Below, piece after piece: positions 21,998 to 32,123 of a DNA stretch of 64,000 nucleotides (positions are counted from its first letter, which is position 1; every line of letters begins with the position of its first letter). The DNA comes from an uncultured Phycisphaerales bacterium (GTDB lineage: Bacteria; Planctomycetota; Phycisphaerae; Tepidisphaerales; Tepidisphaeraceae). The notes beneath the pieces are model-generated. The model did not search any database, was not told the DNA's origin, and was given only the letters and a program-made list of their open reading frames with translations. Where the stretch lies: the NCBI GenBank assembly GCA_963758525.1, contig CAVWVQ010000004.1, positions 32,001-96,000 of the forward strand, given 5' to 3'. The translations under genes were made by a program, and so were the position numbers.

Positions 21998-23212
21998 TTA
22001 ATGGGTGACGCTATCGGCGCCTGCGGCCGGAGAAGTAGAAGGTTCCGGCGAACGAGCCAACGGAGCAGTCGCGACACCCACAACACTGTCGGCGCAGCCG
22101 AAGTAGAGGAACCACTGGCTGTGGTAGAGCGCCAAGCCTTCGATGAACGTGGTTCCCGCTCTAAACAGGCCTGTTTTCTCCCATGGGTACTCTGGCTGGA
22201 TGAACGGTTTGTCCAGACGGGTGATGAGATGTTTCGGATCCTTCGAATCGAACAGCGCTTGGCCGCCGCAGTACCGGTTTTTGGCGATTGAAGGATCGCC
22301 CCCGTTAGGGCCGGCGTTCGTTCCATTGTAGAAAACGACGATTCCATCTTTGGTCAGCACCGACTGGCAACCGACCTCCGTGAGCTTGCTGTCGAAGAAC
22401 CCGCTGCGCGGAGCCATGATGGTCAGCATCTTGCCATCGGGGGTTTCAAGCGGTTTCCAGTGCGTCAGATCATCGGACGTCGCCAGATGCACCGCGTTTT
22501 CGCCGAAGTACATCCAGAAGGTTCCGTTGATTTTCGCGGCAACGAGATGGCCATCTTTGATCTCATGGACGACGGCCGCGGATTTGACGTGGGCGCTCTC
22601 CCACTTGGTGCCGGCGAACGCGCCGCCAAGTTTCTTCCAGTGCTTGAGATCCGTGGAGGACGCGATGCCGATTCTGAACCCCTTGCTGTACTCGGAGTAG
22701 GTGAGGCGATAGGAACCATCGGGTGCTGTTGCCAGGCGCGGATCTTCGCACCCGCCTCTGCCTTCGGCTCCGGCCCACTCGAAGTCCTTCTGATCATCGT
22801 TCGTTGGGTAGTAAACGGGCGTGGGGTCGCACGTGAAGTGTAAGCCGTCATCACTCTGGGCATAGCCGATGCGGGAGACGGTATTACCCGGGCCTTGCTG
22901 CGCGCGGTACAGCACCACAATCTTGCCGTCATGAACCGCCGCGGCGGGATTGTAGACCCACGCCTTTTCCCAATGGACGGTCTCCTGGTTGATGGGGTTC
23001 ACGAACGTCGCGTCAGGGTTTGGCTTGATGACGGGCTCGGGAGTCGCCTGTCGATTGAAAGGGCCGATCGCCCAGGATGGAAGCGACGCGGCGGCGGAAT
23101 CCTTCGACGGGCCGGTCGAAGGAGTCGGCGCACCCTGCGCGTTGAGAGATGTCGCAAGCAGCATGGCGATCAGCATCGCTGGAGCTACCGGCGTGCGCCT
23201 TTTTACGATCAC
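21998..23212 (-). CDS. glycoside hydrolase family 130 protein
   Basis: WAIGPF, VYNPAAAV..GKIVVLYRAQ, SRIGYAQSDDG, GGCEDPRL, WEKTG..GTTFIEGL, LYFGCAD. Start uncertain (GTG 23212 precedes a signal-like segment; ORF track starts at 23380). Confidence 0.85.
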   Translation of the reverse strand: MIVKRRTPVAPAMLIAMLLATSLNAQGAPTPSTGPSKDSAAASLPSWAIGPFNRQATPEPVIKPNPDATFVNPINQETVHWEKAWVYNPAAAVHDGKIVVLYRAQQGPGNTVSRIGYAQSDDGLHFTCDPTPVYYPTNDDQKDFEWAGAEGRGGCEDPRLATAPDGSYRLTYSEYSKGFRIGIASSTDLKHWKKLGGAFAGTKWESAHVKSAAVVHEIKDGHLVAAKINGTFWMYFGENAVHLATSDDLTHWKPLETPDGKMLTIMAPRSGFFDSKLTEVGCQSVLTKDGIVVFYNGTNAGPNGGDPSIAKNRYCGGQALFDSKDPKHLITRLDKPFIQPEYPWEKTGLFRAGTTFIEGLALYHSQWFLYFGCADSVVGVATAPLARSPEPSTSPAAGADSVTH

Positions 23213-23239
23213 CCGGAAGACCGCAGCGATTTGGCCTTT

Positions 23240-23305
23240 TCCCCCTCCCCTGGTACTCCGGACTTCGGTGAGCTCAGTCGAACCGGCGAGGGTTGGGGTG
23301 GGGGT
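23240..23305. repeat. REP-like hairpin element with internal insert
   Basis: CCCCCTCCCCTGGTACTCCG..GGCGAGGGTTGGGGTGGGGG interrupted by GACTTCGGTGAGCTCAGTCGAACC; related to the hairpin at 49166-49205. Confidence 0.5.
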
Positions 23306-23381
23306 TCGTCGACTGCCGTGGGACCTGCAAAACATCGCGTTCTCCGTTCCGCCCCCCACCTCAATCCTCGTAGCCAACACA

Positions 23382-25588
23382 TCAATGCTCCAGCGCGAGC
23401 CCCTGTTCCGATGCGCCGATCGTCAATAGCCCGCCGTTAAAGCGAACGGCCGAGAGGGTGCCTTTGAACGGACGCGGCGTTTGGGGGTCGACGAGAATCG
23501 TCTTGCCATCGGGCGAAGGATCGAGGCCGAAGAATGGGTTGATCACCACGTCCGCAAACGCCGCGCCGCTGATGCACTCTTTCATATTGCTCCCCCGCAG
23601 TGCGATGCGCACGGGGGCATCGTTCGACGTCGGGTTGGGTCCAATGAACTCGTGGGCCTGGGCAAATGGGCCCTCTTTGGTGACCTCGGCGGTGCGACAG
23701 TAGAAAGCGTAGGCGTCCTGAGTGCCGCCAAGTCGCCACATGGCTGCAGCGGTCAGTGGAATCCAGCCATCATAAGAGCCGGTGTAGGCGTGATCGGGAC
23801 GGGTGGCCTTCGGATAATTGGGATCCTTCAGGCTCATCGCCCGCATCCAGTCTTTGGTAAACAATTCGCGCTTGGCGAAGTCGATCGTTTTGGTCCTCTG
23901 CTCCGGCGACAGATCGTTGTAAAGCGCATCATCGGCGTAAATAAAATCCACGCAATGCTGCACCGGTACTGTCGCCCCATCCACTCTTCGCAGGTTCCAC
24001 GCACCTGTCTCCTTGTTATAGAGCGACAGCACCGCAGGCAGGAACGCGTCTGCTTTCTTGCGGAGATCGGCGGCGGCGGCCTCATTGCCCTTGAGCGAGT
24101 CCCAGTCGGCCGCTCGACGCATCATCCAGACGTTTTGCGCGTTGAACGCAGCGACGCATTCAACGTAGAGCGGGCCGGTTTCGAGCAGTTTTCCATTGTT
24201 GCCATAGTTTACTAAACCGTCTGGTCCCTTCGGCAGTGTCTCCCAGTCGGTGGCCAGTGCATTCATACTTTCGAAAACTGTTTTTCCATTCTCGAGCTTC
24301 TCATCGAGGAACGCGCGATCGCCGGTTACGCGCAGGTAGGTGTCGACGGTGGCGAATGTCGTGCAGGCATTGGCGGCATAGCCGGTGATGGCATCGTAAT
24401 GTTTTGCATCAAATCCACTCGCGTCCCGCAAATTGATATGAACGCTGCCACGCGGATTCTGCGCCAACCAGCGGCGGAGAATTGCCTTCATGTCTTTCGG
24501 CTCTAGCAGCGCCAGGCGCTCGCCGCCATCGAAGCATCCCAGAAATACTGAATCCCTTCTGATCGTTCGCCGCTGGTGATGAAGGCGCGCTGGATGGGGA
24601 ACTGCGTGCGCTCCAGATCAAGCATCGTCAGCGCGCCCATGTAGTAATTTCGCCGCAGCGAAGCATCGTCCGAATTCAAAACCGGCAGGTTCCCGGAGAA
24701 ATGAGCGTTTCCCGGCGTAAACGCGTCGGCCCAGCGCTGCTTCCAGACGCCTTCGAAAGCGTCCATCTCCGCCGCGAAATTGCCCGCCCAGCCGGTGACG
24801 TTCTTTCGTGTGGCAGCGGTCTGGTCGTGACTTCCATCTCCGGCCACATAACCTAGCTCGATCGCTGCGCCCGCAGGCAATGTCAGTTTCCACTGCCATA
24901 CCACATCGTCACCTTCAACGCTCACCCGATCCGGTTTGCGCAAAGGCGCGACGGCGGAGGTGTTTCGCGGATTCTGCGTAGCGTTCAGGACGTTGACGCC
25001 GTCTGCATCCAGCTTGCCGGGAACACGGAGCACCAATTGGAATTCTTTGGTCCCCCTGGTGCTGTTGGTCACCGTGATTTGACAGAGCACGCCGCGTTGC
25101 TCGTTCACCATGCGCGTATCGGTCAGGACAGACAAGCCAGCGCAGTCCCGGTTGCGTCGCAGGGCTCGATATGCGTACCAGCGGAAATCCGTAGCCGGAT
25201 ATTCCACCCCATCGAGTGTCATTTTCACCAATGGGTATCCGATCTTCCATTGCGTGAGCGGATCCTTCGTGTGAGTAAAGAGCGCGCCAAAGTAGCAGTA
25301 GTAAGACGTGAGATCGCGTGCCACGATGACCATGTCGCGGAAATTGTTGACGTCGGGAAGGTTGGTCACGATCGAAGCCGGCATCCAGTCGCCGGACATC
25401 TCGTCCAGCGACGGGACGTGCTGCGGAGGCTGTACGAAATCCGCAGCGACACTGGGCTTCGAACTTGACGTGTTGGATGCGCTTCGTGCAGGCAATGCCA
25501 TGGCTGTAACGATAAGCAGCGAGGGGAGGCAGGAGATCGCCCGGACTTTAGAGTTGTGGGTCTCAAAACCGCCGGTCGTTGGTTTCAT
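23382..25588 (-). CDS. secreted putative glycoside hydrolase, (alpha/alpha)6 six-hairpin-like; frame break near 24510
   Basis: ORF 24503-25666 ends GIQYFWDASMAASAW; one added G gives ..SAWALLEPKDMKAILRRWL into ORF 23382-24491. YFWD motif and location between GH92 and GH130 suggest a glycosidase of unassigned family. Confidence 0.6.
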
Positions 25589-25667
25589 TGGGACGTATCC
25601 TTCCATTGCTGTTTCCGGGCCGACGTGGTGACAATTGCAGCGGACTTCAATGCATTCTGCTCGCATG

Positions 25668-28049
25668 CTATCGCACGCCCCACTGCTTGTTGGGTGTGGA
25701 TCCCAGCACTAGCTCCAATGTTCCGCCTGCCGTAATTTCCGCATAGCTGAGCCAGCACCGATTGAACGGTTTGCCATTCAGGCGGGCGGACTGGATGCAG
25801 ATGTTGTCCGGCGAATTGTTCTTCGCCGTGATGGTGAACGATCCGCCCTTGGCATATTTCGGATCGAATTTGTAGGTCACCTTGTCGAAGAGCGGCGTGA
25901 CGATTTCGAAGCGGGGATCGCCAGGACAACTTTGCACAAGGCCGCTGGCCGCCGTGACGTACCAGGCGGAGAGCTGGCCGACGTCGTCATCGCCCGGCAC
26001 GCCGTCGGGGCCGACTTTGTAGGCGTTCTCCTCGTTCAGCAGCCATTTCTCGGTCAACCACGGAGCGCCGGCCCGGTTGAACAGGAAGACAATGAGCTCG
26101 GTCGGTTCGTTACCGGGGTTGTTGAAGGTACCCGCCCAGTACTTGGGAGCATTGGGATTCGGTGTCCGCTGGTCGGGGTTGTAAGTCGTGAAATCAGGCG
26201 ACCGTTTGTAGAAGTCGTCGAGCTTGGCGATGAAGAGATCCTTGCCCCCGTGCAGTTGGACCAGGTCGGGTACATCGTAGTACACACCGAACTCGGCCTG
26301 TTCGACCGTCGATTCGCGCGCACCCTTGGGCGAGGTCAGGCCCTCCCAGGGCACGAAGTTCCCGTTGCCGTCCTTCACGCGAAACGAGCCCTTCCACTCC
26401 GGGTTGGCATCGGTGCCGGCAGCGTCGTAGGTCCATGCCTGATTGGGATCGAAAATGTGTTTGTAAGACTGGGAGAGGGCCAGGTATTTCGCGGCGTCGT
26501 CCTTCTTGCCCAGCGCGGCGGCGAACTGGCTGACGTTCCATTCGTCGAGGCCGTACTCCGTCGTGTCGGAAATGGATCCACGGCAAAAGCCAAGCTTGGA
26601 GTTGCCGCTCTTGAGCGTGGTGTTGACCGCGTATTGGTAGGCCTTCTCGCTGTCGAAGCCTCGAATGCCTTTCTGCCAGGCGTCGTTGATGATGACGACT
26701 TCCGGATTGCCAGTCATGCAGCCGGTATAACAGCCCATGATTTCCCAGCGATCGTAGTAATGGGTGCCATTGAAGTCGGCCAGGTTGACCATGCTGTTGA
26801 TCTGATCATTGACCACCGACGGGTCCACCAGGCTCAGCAAGGGATAGACGCTCCGGAAGTTGTCCCAGCCGCTGAAGAGCGTGCGGTTGACGAACGTGCT
26901 TGAGTGATGAACTTTGTGATCACCGCCGGGATAGTTTCCGTTCACGTCGGCGAAGGTCATTGGAAAGAGCATGGCGCGATACAGCGCGCTGTAGAAGATG
27001 GTCTTGTGGTCCTCGGTGCCGCCTTCGACTGACAGATGATCCAGCGCACTGCTCCAGGCCTTGCGCGCCTCCTGATGAACGCGATCAAAATCCCAATCGG
27101 CAATCTCAGCCTTGAGATTCGCCCGCGCGCCCTCGATGCTGGCAAAGGATATCCCCGCCTTGACCTGCACCACTTCGCCTTCCTTCGTTGCAAACTCGCT
27201 GTAGAAGCCCAGATGCTGGCCCTCTTTCTCCCTGCAGCCCGGCAGGACCGCGGCCTTGCGGCACGCTTCAATGAAGGCGGGATCGCTGATCGTTTTAGTC
27301 TTGGCGTGGTAGTGCACGGAAGAATCGCTCCACACCGGCGGGAGCGCCGCGTCCCAGACGCCGACTTTTGCAAAAGGCTTGCTGAACTCGAGATGGTAGT
27401 AGAGCGTGTAGCTGGTCGCGCCAAACCGCCAGCCGCCCCCCTCGGCCGGGCAATTGATCTGGCCTTCAATGCTGTGATCATCCGTCACCTTCACGGTTTG
27501 ATGAAGGGAGGTGCCATCGTTGCGGTGAGACAGATCGATCTGGATGCGCGATTGGCTGTTTTCGGGAAACGTGAAGCGCAGCATTCCGCTGTGAGCGGCG
27601 GCCGTGCACTCGACGTGAATATGATAATCGTCGAGCGTCACCGCGTAGTACCCCGCGGAGGCTGTTTCCGACTTCTTTGAGAATGAGGATAGGTAGCCGG
27701 TTCCCGACTTGCCTTTCTGCCCCCAGTAGGTGTGGAGCGGGCCGATCGTGGCCATCGTCAACAGGTTGGCCAATTCGCCCCCATCCGCGCCGCCGATGTG
27801 CGTGAAGCTGAAGCCGCTGACGGTTTTGTCTGAGTAGTAATAGCTGACGACTCCAGCGGTGACCGTGTCCGGGCTGACCTTGGCCATGCCGAAAGGAGTC
27901 GATGCGCCGGGGAAATCCTTTCCCTGACTCCCGGTGCCGATGAAAGGATCGATGTAATCCACCGCGTCCTTCGCGCGAAGCGTGCCGGACAGGAGGGCCA
28001 GCATCGCCATCAACACGAGTAGGAAAAAAGTGGTGTTGCTACCGCGCAT
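25668..28049 (-). CDS. GH92 alpha-mannosidase
   Basis: YIDPFIGT, FPGASTPFGMAKVSPDT, GFSFTH, ETASAGYY, FSGWDNFRS, NPGNEP, GVPGDDDVGQLSAWYV. Confidence 0.92.
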   Translation of the reverse strand: MRGSNTTFFLLVLMAMLALLSGTLRAKDAVDYIDPFIGTGSQGKDFPGASTPFGMAKVSPDTVTAGVVSYYYSDKTVSGFSFTHIGGADGGELANLLTMATIGPLHTYWGQKGKSGTGYLSSFSKKSETASAGYYAVTLDDYHIHVECTAAAHSGMLRFTFPENSQSRIQIDLSHRNDGTSLHQTVKVTDDHSIEGQINCPAEGGGWRFGATSYTLYYHLEFSKPFAKVGVWDAALPPVWSDSSVHYHAKTKTISDPAFIEACRKAAVLPGCREKEGQHLGFYSEFATKEGEVVQVKAGISFASIEGARANLKAEIADWDFDRVHQEARKAWSSALDHLSVEGGTEDHKTIFYSALYRAMLFPMTFADVNGNYPGGDHKVHHSSTFVNRTLFSGWDNFRSVYPLLSLVDPSVVNDQINSMVNLADFNGTHYYDRWEIMGCYTGCMTGNPEVVIINDAWQKGIRGFDSEKAYQYAVNTTLKSGNSKLGFCRGSISDTTEYGLDEWNVSQFAAALGKKDDAAKYLALSQSYKHIFDPNQAWTYDAAGTDANPEWKGSFRVKDGNGNFVPWEGLTSPKGARESTVEQAEFGVYYDVPDLVQLHGGKDLFIAKLDDFYKRSPDFTTYNPDQRTPNPNAPKYWAGTFNNPGNEPTELIVFLFNRAGAPWLTEKWLLNEENAYKVGPDGVPGDDDVGQLSAWYVTAASGLVQSCPGDPRFEIVTPLFDKVTYKFDPKYAKGGSFTITAKNNSPDNICIQSARLNGKPFNRCWLSYAEITAGGTLELVLGSTPNKQWGVR

Positions 28050-28102
28050 CGGAGTCCGAGGGCCGAACGATGGCGGGAGTTGCGCCACCGTCAGAACAGA
28101 CG

Positions 28103-28135
28103 AATGTGGTATAGGCTGCACCGTTTGTCAAACGG
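28103..28135 (-). promoter_or_regulatory. GH92-operon promoter with perfect palindrome over the -35
   Basis: CCGTTTG-T-CAAACGG (28121-28135); minus strand reads TTGACA-N17-CACATT. Confidence 0.5.
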
Positions 28136-28198
28136 GATGCGCAAGGTATCGAGGTTTGCAGGAGTTTGCAGCGGCTAACCACATATTTTTAGAGCCGC

Positions 28199-28262
28199 GT
28201 GACAAAAATGCATAAGTGAGTGACAAATACGCTCTTGCCAATGATCGCGAATGTGAGAAGAT
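28199..28262 (+). promoter_or_regulatory. tandem-box promoter (copy 1 of a duplicated promoter)
   Basis: GTGACAAAA (28199)-N12-GTGACAAAT (28220)-N6-TTGCCA (28235)-N16-GAAGAT (28257), TG before the -10. Confidence 0.7.
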
Positions 28263-28272
28263 CGCACATTGC

Positions 28273-29292
28273 ATGATCCATAAACGCGCAGCGCTTACGA
28301 TGATCGAATTGCTGGTTGTGATCGGGATCATTGCAATAATGGTCGCGGTTCTGTTGCCAGCGCTCGGCGCCGCGCGGGCACGCGCCCGAGTCGTCAATTG
28401 CGCTTCGAACATCCGGCAGATTTTGATGGGGACGTTAGCATATGCCAATGAGAACCATGGCTATCTGCCGCCGAGGGCGGGCGCGGGCAGTGCGGCTATC
28501 AGCGGGGCAGGCTACGAATTCGCAGAGGTGGTTTATACGGTCAGCGGCAAAACGTATCCTTCGAATGTCGGATCGCTGATCGCCGGAGGGTATCTCGGCC
28601 CGTCTTATGATGCCGCCTTCCTGGGCGCAACCAATCCGGTGACTGGACTGCCCAATTACTGCGACACGGCCATCTGCCCCGTTCGATATGACCCGGCCAT
28701 AGACCCCTCCGTTCTTGCCATCACTATGGGCGGCGGCACTCACCCTGGAACCGCACTCGCCTTTTGCTACAGTTCTAGCTATCTCTACAATCCGCATTGG
28801 GCCATCACGAGCTCGTCTCTCTACCCGGGCGGCGGCGTGAGTTGGTATCGCCGCGTCTCTGATTTCAACCCCTACAAGGCCCTGGTGACCGATCTGAGCA
28901 TCGGCGCGCTTGGGGGTACCTCGGCAAACGCATGGCTCGGCGCGGTACCCCACCCCGGCCGCAGCACGTGGACGTATAACCTCGGGTTCATTGATGGCCA
29001 TGTGACATCCGTGGCGGACACCATTCTCTCGACCTGTTCTCCGACGACCGGAGATGGCGTGGCCCTTGGATATGCCGTGCGAATGCCGCTCCAACTGGAA
29101 ACCATCGATTCTGACTTGGACGTGTTGGAAACCGAAGCTGACGGTCGCAACCCGGTCTTGATCACCGCCGATCCCGGAAAGGTGCCGTTGGATCGGACGT
29201 TCGGATACAACTCTTCCTCCCCATTCGAGTACCGCATCCAGGGACCGTCCGCTGCCCCTGGCTTGTATCATCCGCAGGTGAACTGGCCTTGA
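28273..29292 (+). CDS. prepilin-type N-terminal cleavage/methylation protein (DUF1559-like)
   Basis: [51 protein letters not shown]-terminal PH..YNLGFIDGHV. Confidence 0.88.
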   Translation: MIHKRAALTMIELLVVIGIIAIMVAVLLPALGAARARARVVNCASNIRQILMGTLAYANENHGYLPPRAGAGSAAISGAGYEFAEVVYTVSGKTYPSNVGSLIAGGYLGPSYDAAFLGATNPVTGLPNYCDTAICPVRYDPAIDPSVLAITMGGGTHPGTALAFCYSSSYLYNPHWAITSSSLYPGGGVSWYRRVSDFNPYKALVTDLSIGALGGTSANAWLGAVPHPGRSTWTYNLGFIDGHVTSVADTILSTCSPTTGDGVALGYAVRMPLQLETIDSDLDVLETEADGRNPVLITADPGKVPLDRTFGYNSSSPFEYRIQGPSAAPGLYHPQVNWP

Positions 29293-29399
29293 CGTGATTC
29301 GCTCGCCCCTATCACCCGCCGCTCGGGGTGAAAGTCCGCCGTCGGGACAAACGATGATGGTGATCTTCGGGGGCGGCGGGGTTCTGTACGCCTACGAGC

Positions 29400-29462
29400 G
29401 CGACAGAATACATAACGGAATGACAAATACGCTCTTGCCAATGATCGCGAATGTGAGAATAT
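29400..29462 (+). promoter_or_regulatory. tandem-box promoter (copy 2 of a duplicated promoter)
   Basis: GCGACAGAA (29400)-N11-ATGACAAAT (29420)-N6-TTGCCA-N16-GAATAT; 29421-29459 is identical to 28221-28259. Confidence 0.7.
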
Positions 29463-29475
29463 ACCTAAGACTGAT

Positions 29476-31830
29476 ATGACATCCATCGGTCGATCCTCCT
29501 TTTGCTGCCTCTGCTTGATCCTTTGTGCCGGATCCGTCTCACGCGGGACGATCACTGACGGCGTGGACTACGGTCTGTTCATCTCATATCGCGTGGCCAT
29601 ACCAACGTCCAAGTCCACGACCGCCAAGCCGGTGGAATCCGCTCCCGGCGGGAAGAAGAAGAAGAGTAAGAAGGAGAAAGAGCCCAGGTCCGTTGTCTAC
29701 AAGGGCATCACGGTTTCGCTGGATCAAAACACATCCGTTTGTTTCGACGCGGATCTCATGCGCTATGCGGCGGGTTGGACTGGCGGCTTCCTCGACATGG
29801 TCGACACCAACGCCGGCTCCAAGGCGGGCCATGATGATGCCGAGCCGGTAGGGGAAATCCGCTGGACGACCGATGTGGCGCCCGGCGCCATCGTCGGCTC
29901 GGGAGGTTTTATCGATCCCCGGCCCGATAAGCAGGGGCCGTTGCCACGCGCCACGGCCCACTATCGGGGGCTGTATAAAAACGGAAAGCACGTCGTCTTC
30001 TCCTACACCGTCGGCGATGTGGGCGTTTACGATCTGCCCGGCGTGATCGCTTCCGGCTCCGATGTTCTGTTCACACGCACCGTTCAGATAGATAAGTCAA
30101 CCGAGCCGGTGAGCTTCCTGTTGGCGGACCTCGCAGGCGCAACGCCCAAATCGATGCCCTCCGGCGCCGCCCGCATCACCGCGATTTCCGCTGGGCAAAA
30201 CGCGGTGGCGGCCGTCCTGCTCGATGGCGCGGCCACGGGAGCCAAGCTTGCCGCGACGGGCGGAGAACTCGTCCTCTCCGTTCCCGCCCACACTTCCGCG
30301 ACGACCGTTCGAGTGGGCATCTGGAGCGGCGCGGCTTCCAAGCTTGGCGAGATTCCTGCACTGGTCTCAAACCCCCCGGCGGCGGACAATATCGCGTCGC
30401 TGATTGCCGGTGGACCGCCGCAGTGGGGCGCTCCCATCGCAACTTCCGGCACGCTCGGCGCAGACAAGGCCGCGTACGTCGTTGACACCATCGGACTTCC
30501 CGAATCCAACCCATGGGGGTGCCGAATCAAGACTGGCGGCTTGGATTTCTTCAAGGATGGACGGGTGGCGGTGTGCACCTACAGCGGCGACGTCTGGATC
30601 GTCTCGGGGATGAATGACACGCTGGGCCGCGTGACATGGAAGCGCTTCGCCGCGGGTTTGTATGAAACGCTGGGCCTCAAAGTCGTCGATGACCAGATTT
30701 ATGTGCTGGGCCGCGATCAGATCACGCTGCTGCACGATCAAAAAGGGAGCGGCGAGGCTGACTTCTATGAGAACTTCAATAACGACCAGATCGCCGCGGA
30801 ATCGTATCACGCTTTTGCTTTCGATCTACAGACAGACAGCCACGGCGACTTCTTTTATTCCATTGACGGGAACCTGGTCGAGCCCTCGGTCAGACTGCAT
30901 GGCATCATCATGAAAGTCTCGAAAAGCGGCGACAAGAGCGAAGTCTACGCCCGCGGATTGCGAGCCCCCAACGGGACGGGAATGGGACCCAACGACGAAT
31001 TGGTTTGCAGTGACAATCAGGGACACTGGACGCCAGTAGACCGCATCAATTTCGTCCGCAAAGGAGGCTTTGAGGGGTATCGTGGCGATCCGCGCCTCTC
31101 CAAGGCCGGCGACGCCGAGCGGCTGGGGTTGCCCAGCCAATATGATCCGCCAATTTGCTGGATTCCCTACAGCCTGGACAACTCCGCCGGCGGCGAAGTG
31201 TGGGCAACCAGCACCAGGTGGGGTCCGCTCGATGGAAAGTTGCTCCAGACATCGTATGGGAAGAGCATTCTCATGGAGGTCCTGTGGGAGATGACCGATG
31301 GCGTGCCGCAGGGTGGCGTGGTTCGCCTGCCCCTGAAATTCGAGTCAGGCATCATGCGCGCCCGATTCAACCCCACCGACGGGCAACTCTACGTGTGCGG
31401 CCTCAAGGGATGGCAGACCAATGCCCGCCATGAAGGTTGCCTCCAGCGCGTCCGGTACACTGGCAAACCGGTCAATCTGCCGATTGCCCTGCACATCAAG
31501 CATGACGGAATCGAGCTGACTTTCTCCGAGAAGCTCGATCCGACCACCGCCAACGACGGCGACTCGTACAACATCGAGCAGTGGAACTATCGCTACTCAG
31601 CCACCTACGGGTCGCCGGAGCTCAAAGTCTCCAATCCATCCGCCCAGGGGCACGATGTCGTTCCAATCAAGTCCGCCATGCTGCAGCCTGACGGCAAGAC
31701 CGTATTCCTGCGCGTCGACAATCTGCAACCGGTGATGCAGATGGCGATCCAGTGCAAACTCGACTCCGCCGACGGCTCGCCTGTGGAGTGCGAGATCGAC
31801 AACACGATCAATAAGGTGCCTGCCAAATGA
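29476..31830 (+). CDS. DUF6797-like secreted beta-propeller protein (copy 2)
   Basis: Collinear with 7100-9586: DYGLFIS, YKGI, HYRGLY, VFSYTVGD, CTYSGDVW, FYENFNND, LRAPNG, DNQGHW, MRARFNPTDGQLYVCGLKGWQT, LQPVMQM. Confidence 0.7.
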   Translation: MTSIGRSSFCCLCLILCAGSVSRGTITDGVDYGLFISYRVAIPTSKSTTAKPVESAPGGKKKKSKKEKEPRSVVYKGITVSLDQNTSVCFDADLMRYAAGWTGGFLDMVDTNAGSKAGHDDAEPVGEIRWTTDVAPGAIVGSGGFIDPRPDKQGPLPRATAHYRGLYKNGKHVVFSYTVGDVGVYDLPGVIASGSDVLFTRTVQIDKSTEPVSFLLADLAGATPKSMPSGAARITAISAGQNAVAAVLLDGAATGAKLAATGGELVLSVPAHTSATTVRVGIWSGAASKLGEIPALVSNPPAADNIASLIAGGPPQWGAPIATSGTLGADKAAYVVDTIGLPESNPWGCRIKTGGLDFFKDGRVAVCTYSGDVWIVSGMNDTLGRVTWKRFAAGLYETLGLKVVDDQIYVLGRDQITLLHDQKGSGEADFYENFNNDQIAAESYHAFAFDLQTDSHGDFFYSIDGNLVEPSVRLHGIIMKVSKSGDKSEVYARGLRAPNGTGMGPNDELVCSDNQGHWTPVDRINFVRKGGFEGYRGDPRLSKAGDAERLGLPSQYDPPICWIPYSLDNSAGGEVWATSTRWGPLDGKLLQTSYGKSILMEVLWEMTDGVPQGGVVRLPLKFESGIMRARFNPTDGQLYVCGLKGWQTNARHEGCLQRVRYTGKPVNLPIALHIKHDGIELTFSEKLDPTTANDGDSYNIEQWNYRYSATYGSPELKVSNPSAQGHDVVPIKSAMLQPDGKTVFLRVDNLQPVMQMAIQCKLDSADGSPVECEIDNTINKVPAK

Positions 31831-31998
31831 TACGCCGCACATGCCGGCGCCCGTCGCTGGTCTTGATGCTGACTGCGGCACTGGCCTCAGACGTATGCGA
31901 TTTTTTCCCGGCTGCTCGCTCCGCAGATGCTGAAAAGCTCCTGAACGCAGCATAAAATCTTCTCAAGCTGAGAAGAAACGAATGGGTTGCGGCGCAGA

Positions 31999-32123
31999 TT
32001 GAATGAAATCACTGGGAAGACCATCGCATCGACTATCTCAAGGCGACCGGCCTTCACATTTGCCTCTTGATCAACTTCGGGAAACCGCAAGTGGACGTTA
32101 AACGCATCGTACGAAGTCTCTGA
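31999..32123 (+). pseudogene. internally deleted GxxExxY protein remnant
   Basis: LNEITGKTI (31999-32025) abuts, in another frame, IDYLKATGLHICLLINFGKPQVDVKRIVRSL* (32028-32123); these resemble the N- and C-termini of GxxExxY proteins. Confidence 0.65.
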
